A DNA stretch of 64,000 nt from Parcubacteria group bacterium (GTDB lineage: Bacteria; Patescibacteriota; Minisyncoccia; Phycocordibacterales; UBA2100). Position 1 is the first letter of the stretch. Every line of letters starts with the position of its first letter. Positions 58,793 to 64,000 of the stretch are shown in pieces. The translations under genes were made by a program, and so were the position numbers. The stretch covers positions 2,771-66,770 of the forward strand of contig CALRGX010000003.1 in assembly GCA_943358385.1 (NCBI GenBank), read 5' to 3'. Under the pieces are notes generated by a model. The model did not search any database and had not been told where the DNA came from. It saw only the letters and a list, made by a program, of their open reading frames with translations.

Positions 58793-59020
58793 ATGCTTAA
58801 ACAATTTTTGATGAAGAAGCTGATTGCACGCCAGCTTGCGTCGCTGCCTGCAGATCAGCGCAAAATGATAGAAGACTTGGTGGAAAAGAATCCTGATCTC
58901 TTCATGCAGTTGGCACAGGAGGTGCAGGCAGAAATGGCAGCCGGGAAATCTCAGCAAGACGCTATGATGGCCGTTGCTATGAAAAATAAAGAGACGTTGG
59001 GGAAGTTGATGGGGAAGTAG
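58793..59020 (+). CDS. Small helical hypothetical protein (75 aa)
   Basis: ORF beginning MLKQFLMKKLIARQLASLPADQRK. Confidence 0.3.
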   Translation: MLKQFLMKKLIARQLASLPADQRKMIEDLVEKNPDLFMQLAQEVQAEMAAGKSQQDAMMAVAMKNKETLGKLMGK

Positions 59021-59082
59021 GCTTCCGTTTTATACCCACAGCGCGGATTTCTGTCGCCTATAGCTCAGGTATACTTTGCCCC

Positions 59083-59664
59083 ATGGAATCCAAAAAGGTC
59101 TTCGTGCTCTTGGGGCATCCCGACAAAGACACCTACACTGGCGCACTCGCTGATGCCTACGAGCGTGCTGCCAAAGAATCAGGGCACGAGGTCCGGCGCA
59201 TGAATATAGAAGAAATGGCGTTCGATCCTATCCTGCACAAGGGATACAAAGCCATCCAAGAGCTAGAGCCAGTACTCAAAGAAATGCAAGAAAACATCCG
59301 CTGGGCGGATCACTTTATGGTGATCTATCCCAATTGGTGGTGCACTATGCCGGCAAAACTAAAAGGCATGTTTGATCGTGCCTGGCTTCCTGGGTTTGCA
59401 TTCAACTTCGACAAGCCGACCGGCAAGTTGATTAAGCGACTCTCTGGAAAAACGGCGCGCGTGATGGTGATTGCTGGATCGCACAGTCCTTTCATGACGT
59501 GGTGGAAGTTTGGTGACTTCACGAATGAAATCTCGCGCGGCATTCTTGGATTCGCAGGTATGGACGTTTCCGTCTCTACCTTTGGGCCATGCGATCACTG
59601 CACCGTGGGTGAGCGCGAGACGTGGCAGAAGCAGGTAGAAGCTTTGGGTCGCGCCGCGCAGTAG
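59083..59664 (+). CDS. NAD(P)H dehydrogenase (quinone) / flavodoxin-like FMN reductase
   Basis: KVFVLLGHPDKDTYTGALADAY and Flavodoxin_2 family pattern. Confidence 0.8.
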   Translation: MESKKVFVLLGHPDKDTYTGALADAYERAAKESGHEVRRMNIEEMAFDPILHKGYKAIQELEPVLKEMQENIRWADHFMVIYPNWWCTMPAKLKGMFDRAWLPGFAFNFDKPTGKLIKRLSGKTARVMVIAGSHSPFMTWWKFGDFTNEISRGILGFAGMDVSVSTFGPCDHCTVGERETWQKQVEALGRAAQ

Positions 59665-59725
59665 GAAAGAATATGTACACAGTGAGGGCCGCACCACGAA
59701 GTGGTGCGGCTCTGGATGTTGGCCA

Positions 59726-60025
59726 TTATGTACTTTCGAGCTCGGCGCGAAACCGCATTGCACGACTGAGGATGCCGAACATTGCAGCTCCATGCAACGC
59801 AAAGATATGCAGAGAGTGCGTGGGTGAGTAATGCGGCCGCAGTATTGCCGTGATGGCGAGCAGCGCGACCATTATTTGCAAAATGCGAGTACTCGTCTCT
59901 AATGGACATATTTTGAGTATGCGGTAGCTAATCTGCGAGATGAGTATGAACGCAAAGAATGACATTGGAATGGCATATAGGAGCCTCGCAATATCTATTC
60001 CTGGTGCGATGGAATCAGCGGGCAT
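59726..60025 (-). CDS. Hypothetical small membrane protein
   Basis: ORF with three hydrophobic segments. No homology recognised. Confidence 0.25.
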   Translation of the reverse strand: MPADSIAPGIDIARLLYAIPMSFFAFILISQISYRILKICPLETSTRILQIMVALLAITAILRPHYSPTHSLHIFALHGAAMFGILSRAMRFRAELEST

Positions 60026-60154
60026 GGTTGTCCTCACGGTTGCATTAGTCTTGCGCTAGCATGCCCGACATGCGGGAGTACTGTCAAACATCATGCATTA
60101 CTGGTGGTCCGAGCATATTGCTGCTTGATACTTTGTGTGTCAGAATATCGCGAC

Positions 60155-61258
60155 ATGTCACTTTCTATTGGAATTGTGGGTCTGCCAAACGTCGGTAAAT
60201 CGACGCTTTTTAATGCGCTCACCAAAAAGAGTGTGCCCGCAGAGAATTACCCTTTCTGCACTATCGATCCATCAGTAGGTATCGTGCCGGTTCCTGACCC
60301 GCGCTTGCAAGCACTCTCGACGATGAGTAAGACGCAGAAAATTGTTCCTGCAGTGGTTGAATTTGTAGATATTGCCGGCTTAGTGAAGGGGGCCTCTGAA
60401 GGTGAGGGTCTAGGGAATCAGTTTCTTTCAAACATCCGGGAAGTTGATGCTATTGCTGAGGTGGTGCGCATGTTTGATGACGAAGATATTACTCATGTGC
60501 ATGGTGACGTAGACCCGCTCCACGATATCGAAGTCATTAATCTCGAGCTCATCCTTGCTGATTTTCAGGTGGTCTCAAAGCGGCTTGACCGCGTCAGTCG
60601 AGAAGCGCGCTCTGGCGACAAAGATGCTATTGCAGAAGAGGAGGTCCTGAAGATGCTGAATGAAGTACTTGAGAAAGGGAAACTGGCGAGCACTGTTCAT
60701 TTTGAAGCGCGCCAAGAACCAATCGTAAAGGCATTACAACTGTTGACTACGAAGCCATTTCTCTATGTCCTCAACCGTAAGAGTGGGGTAGTGAACGTTG
60801 ATGCAGAAAATGCAGAGCGTTGGAGAGTGTTGCAACAATTTTTTAAAGACACCGGTGCCCATTACGTGTTTGTGGATGCGGCAACCGAAAGGGAATTGAA
60901 TGATGTGCACGACGACGAGCGCGACCAATTTCGCCGCGAAATGGGTATTGCGGAAAGCGGCATTGACGCCCTTATTCGTGCCGGCTACGAAACACTCGAT
61001 TTGATTTCATACTTCACCACTGGTGAGAAGGAGACGCGTGCATGGACCGTAAAGCGTGGATCGACTGCGCCCCAGGCAGCAGGTGCGATTCATACTGATT
61101 TTGAGGCAAAATTTATTCGCGCGGAAGTGATTCAGTGGTCTGACTTGGTGCAGGCTGGCTCATTTGCCGCTGCGCGTGAGAAAGGACTGGTACGCACGGA
61201 AGGCAAAGAGTATATATTTCAAGATGGTGACGTCACGGAATTTCGACACGGCGCGTAG
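60155..61258 (+). CDS. ychF: Ribosome-binding ATPase YchF (Obg-family GTPase)
   Basis: [19 protein letters not shown]1 motif, and TGS domain at the C-terminus. Confidence 0.9.
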   Translation: MSLSIGIVGLPNVGKSTLFNALTKKSVPAENYPFCTIDPSVGIVPVPDPRLQALSTMSKTQKIVPAVVEFVDIAGLVKGASEGEGLGNQFLSNIREVDAIAEVVRMFDDEDITHVHGDVDPLHDIEVINLELILADFQVVSKRLDRVSREARSGDKDAIAEEEVLKMLNEVLEKGKLASTVHFEARQEPIVKALQLLTTKPFLYVLNRKSGVVNVDAENAERWRVLQQFFKDTGAHYVFVDAATERELNDVHDDERDQFRREMGIAESGIDALIRAGYETLDLISYFTTGEKETRAWTVKRGSTAPQAAGAIHTDFEAKFIRAEVIQWSDLVQAGSFAAAREKGLVRTEGKEYIFQDGDVTEFRHGA

Positions 61259-61339
61259 CTTGCATACTTTGAAAATAGTGGCATAGTGCTTTTGGTATCG
61301 CATCGATAGCCGATGTGAACTAGCAACAAGGAGCTCTCC

Positions 61340-61768
61340 GTGGAGAGAACACTGACGGATCTGGTTCATCGCCTGGGCCAGAATCTCGATGCCGCCTTCG
61401 AAGGGCGCACGAAAGGGTCGGCCATCACGCCTAGGCAGCTCGCTGTTTTGCGTGCCGCCAAGGAGTGGAACGGTGTCTCGCAAACGACGCTTGTCGAAAA
61501 AACCGGTGTCGATCGCTCGACACTGGCCGATATTGTGAAGCGCCTGGTCCAGCGTGGGTGGCTCAGTAGGCGTCGTGCCAAAGACGATGCGCGTGCGTAT
61601 GTGGTGCGCTGCACCACCGAAGGCGCGGGCATCATCAATGCGCATGTGCCGGCGCTTCTCGCGATCGAGAAAGCTGCGCTTGCTTCGCTTACAAAAGCAG
61701 AAGCAGATGCTTTGAAGCTCGCGCTTGATCGCATGAACAATCACTTGGAGGGCGATGCGAAGAAGTAG
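61340..61768 (+). CDS. MarR family transcriptional regulator
   Basis: GTG start after a CAAGGAG RBS. Winged-helix (TPRQLAVLRAA...VSQTTLVEKTGVDRSTLADIVKRLVQRGWL). Confidence 0.8.
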   Translation: MERTLTDLVHRLGQNLDAAFEGRTKGSAITPRQLAVLRAAKEWNGVSQTTLVEKTGVDRSTLADIVKRLVQRGWLSRRRAKDDARAYVVRCTTEGAGIINAHVPALLAIEKAALASLTKAEADALKLALDRMNNHLEGDAKK

Positions 61769-61796
61769 CGCAGCCAGTGAGGTGTGCGTATGCCGG

Positions 61797-61830
61797 CGGA
61801 CCAATGGTCCGCCGGCATTTCTGTATCAGG
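61797..61830. terminator. Bidirectional terminator
   Basis: tgccggcggacc-aat-ggtccgccggca followed by tttctgtatc. Confidence 0.65.
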
Positions 61831-62065
61831 CTTTGAACTGCTCGATAAACGACGCACGGTCGCGCGCGTGCAGTTTGATAACCGAAGCCACTCTGCTTGC
61901 TTTTAGTCCAGGGCACTCGATGCGCAGTTCATCAGCAATAGAGGCGTACGAACGACTCTCAGCGAGTAGTGCTGCTACGCGCCCAAACAAAGTGCGCGGG
62001 ATATCAGTGTGCGCTCGCGGACAGTATGTCGTTTTTGCTTTCTTATGAGCAAAGGTGTATGTCAT
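61826..62065 (-). CDS. Small HTH-like hypothetical protein (79 aa)
   Basis: SYASIADELRIECPGLKASRVASVIK resembles a helix-turn-helix. Confidence 0.3.
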   Translation of the reverse strand: MTYTFAHKKAKTTYCPRAHTDIPRTLFGRVAALLAESRSYASIADELRIECPGLKASRVASVIKLHARDRASFIEQFKA

Positions 62066-62128
62066 GGCACACGCTCCTTTGGTTGCCGGTCCTCGCGGAT
62101 TGTAAATTTTATACACGACAGCGCAAGA

Positions 62129-62145
62129 GGAAATGCAACAAGATG
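62129..62145 (+). promoter_or_regulatory. Shared 17-mer ggaaatgcaacaagatg (copy 2)
   Basis: 78 nt upstream of the ATG at 62207. Matches 57383-57399. Confidence 0.4.
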
Positions 62146-62206
62146 GGGACAGTCGTATCATTTTTCAGCCGGTTGCGCGCTCAGGGGCGCATGCTAGGCT
62201 TCCTCT

Positions 62207-63157
62207 ATGGAACACACATCAACTACTGGCCCCAAAGATTTCTTTCTGTGGGTAGCCGCAACCGTGGCGTTATACGTCAGCGTGGTTAGTTTACTTGCAC
62301 TCTGGTTCGAGCTCATAGACCGCGTGTTTGTAGCGCCGAGCTTCTCGGGGTACGTCGACCCCTATTCAACGGGGATTCGCATCGCGGTGGCGTCACTCAT
62401 CGTTATTTTCCCCTTATACGTGTATTTCATGCGGCTACTGCACACTGATATACGCCTTCACCATGAAAAGAAGGAGCTCTGGGTACGCCGCTGGCTCTTG
62501 GTGGCGTCTCTTTTTATTGCAGGATTGACGCTGGTGATTGATCTCATTGTGTTGATTAACGCGTTTTTGGGCGGGGAAGAGCTCACGGCAGCCTTTGTGC
62601 TCAAGATTCTTGCCGTGTTTGTCGTCGTGGGTGGTTCCTTCTTGTACTACGTTCATGAGGTGAAAGGTACGTGGGAGCGCTCGGAAGGTCTCTCGAAAGG
62701 AATCGCCGCCGGTGTGGCGGCCGTTGTCCTGGCTTCTGTGGCTGCCGCGTTTATGTTCATCGGCTCTCCCGCAACACAGAGAATGATGCGCTACGATGCG
62801 CAGAAAGTATCGGATCTCCAAAGCATGCAGTATCAAATTACCGACTTCTATCAGCAGAAGGAACGCCTCCCACTTTCTCTCGACGAATTGAAAGATCCGC
62901 TGCGTGGCAATGTGGTGCCTGTAGATCCGCAAGAAGCTGATGGCTTTGTCTACGAGTATCGACCAGTGACGCCTTTGAGTTTTATGATCTGCGCCACATT
63001 CAATCTGGAGAATATTCAGGAAAAAGTGACGAGCCCACGGCCAGTGGATATGTACGTAGATCCGGCTATGGAATACTGGCAGCACAAATCGGGCGAGACG
63101 TGTTTCGTCCGCGAAGTTGACCCAGAAAAGTTTCCTCCCTACGAAAAAGCGCGATAG
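62207..63157 (+). CDS. Polytopic membrane protein with a C-terminal pilin-like extracytoplasmic domain (DUF5671-like guess)
   Basis: Four or five N-terminal TM helices. C-terminal region with a pseudopilin-like pattern (RYDAQKVSDLQSMQYQITDFYQQKERLP). Confidence 0.45.
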   Translation: MEHTSTTGPKDFFLWVAATVALYVSVVSLLALWFELIDRVFVAPSFSGYVDPYSTGIRIAVASLIVIFPLYVYFMRLLHTDIRLHHEKKELWVRRWLLVASLFIAGLTLVIDLIVLINAFLGGEELTAAFVLKILAVFVVVGGSFLYYVHEVKGTWERSEGLSKGIAAGVAAVVLASVAAAFMFIGSPATQRMMRYDAQKVSDLQSMQYQITDFYQQKERLPLSLDELKDPLRGNVVPVDPQEADGFVYEYRPVTPLSFMICATFNLENIQEKVTSPRPVDMYVDPAMEYWQHKSGETCFVREVDPEKFPPYEKAR

Positions 63158-63159
63158 TT

Positions 63160-63474
63160 ATGCCGGAAAAAGGCCCGTGGGGTAAAGCGCCCGAACACGC
63201 ACCGAAAAATCTCGAGATGATGCGCACTGAATGCAGCGACTCGCTCCTAGACTATGCGCGTGAACGTGCGAAAGAACTGCAGGTGGACTACACCGTTGAA
63301 TTAGGCGACGCGACCGCTAGCGGAAGATTGTTGCGCATTACTCATGGTGATGCTGATGCGTTTGGACGCGAACTCGAAGAGGCAGGGAGGCGTGCAGAGG
63401 AGCTGTACCCAAGCGAAGTACACCCCATAGTGACGTACACTCCTGCTTCTCGCGAGGTGGTTATCTTGGTATAG
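63160..63474 (+). CDS. Hypothetical protein (104 aa)
   Basis: ORF 3 nt after the previous stop. No motif recognised. Confidence 0.35.
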   Translation: MPEKGPWGKAPEHAPKNLEMMRTECSDSLLDYARERAKELQVDYTVELGDATASGRLLRITHGDADAFGRELEEAGRRAEELYPSEVHPIVTYTPASREVVILV

Positions 63475-63514
63475 GTCGCTTTGGCTCATACGAGTCGTGT
63501 GCTATCGTTTTCGC

Positions 63515-64000
63515 ATGAGCAAGCAGTACGACCATCAGGAGATTGAGCGGCGTTGGCAGCACCTGTGGCGTGAGGCGAATATCTACCAGGCCAAAGAAGA
63601 GAAAGACAAACCAAAAGCGTACGTGCTGGACATGTTTCCGTATCCATCCGGTGAGGGATTGCATGTGGGCCATCCCAAAGGCTATATAGCCACTGACGTC
63701 TTTTCACGTATGAAGCGCATGCAGGGGCACAGTGTGCTTCATCCCATGGGATGGGATGCGTTTGGTCTCCCTGCAGAAAATTACGCCATCAAAAATAAAG
63801 TGCATCCGCGTGTCGCCGTCGAAAAGAACGTGGCGCGCTTTAAAGAGCAGCTCGAAGGTATTGGGTTTGACTATGATTGGTCGCGAGAAATAAATACGAC
63901 CGATCCTGAATTTTATCGCTGGACGCAATGGATTTTTCTCAAGCTTTTCGAGCGTGGATTGGCCTATGAATCACACGAGCCAATAAATTGGTGCCCATCG
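63515..64000 (+). CDS. leuS: Leucyl-tRNA synthetase, N-terminal part (runs off the window)
   Basis: [20 protein letters not shown] region and a GWDAFGLP motif. Confidence 0.9.
   Translation, partial: MSKQYDHQEIERRWQHLWREANIYQAKEEKDKPKAYVLDMFPYPSGEGLHVGHPKGYIATDVFSRMKRMQGHSVLHPMGWDAFGLPAENYAIKNKVHPRVAVEKNVARFKEQLEGIGFDYDWSREINTTDPEFYRWTQWIFLKLFERGLAYESHEPINWCPS

Overview
The window is a gene-dense, mostly plus-strand stretch of a small bacterial chromosome, about 55% GC by eye. Its gene content is compatible with a reduced-genome, possibly Patescibacteria/CPR-like, lineage: a class I lysyl-tRNA synthetase, a short ATP synthase delta subunit and an epsilon subunit lacking its C-terminal domain. 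That lineage placement is an inference.

The housekeeping backbone is clear from the sequence:
- 1-9.6 kb: SleB-like hydrolase, holB-like, frr, rseP, proS, mreBCD, mrdA, greA.
- 10.3-18.6 kb: lysK, ccdA plus a TlpA-like redoxin, a methyltransferase, DoxX, photolyase, and an orphan 346-aa protein.
- 18.7-24.6 kb: tRNA-Pro(GGG) with an odd 101-bp direct repeat, an NYN/LabA protein, and two tandem paralogous membrane-anchored spermidine-synthase-like genes followed by a Cys-rich secreted peptide.
- 24.6-30.1 kb: a partial dcw cluster, mraZ-rsmH-ftsL-ftsI-murF, preceded by a 10-bp-phased GTGG operator array.
- 30.9-40.0 kb, the most unusual region:
  - tRNA-Glu(CTC) is abutted by a large serine recombinase gene flanked by perfect 115-bp inverted repeats.
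  - That element is directly fused to a 6.2-kb cassette bounded by 221/223-bp inverted repeats.
  - The cassette carries lipid-remodelling genes: a phospholipase D/cardiolipin-synthase-like protein, a glycerophosphodiester phosphodiesterase, a DUF4105 protein, an FAD-linked oxidase and a small membrane protein.
- 40.0-52.3 kb: sppA, mscS, a NUDIX hydrolase, and an F1Fo ATP synthase operon (atpB, then a structured gap, then atpEFHAGDC) with small inserted ORFs, followed by a 672-aa secreted protein and an RNHCP protein.
- 52.5-64 kb: a convergent RND pump with its membrane-fusion protein and no outer-membrane factor, several hypotheticals, a flavodoxin-like quinone reductase, ychF, a MarR regulator, and the start of leuS.

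A family of purine-rich intergenic repeats, with anti-Shine-Dalgarno-like complements when inverted, recurs at least seven times. No CRISPR array, rRNA or classical IS transposase was seen.
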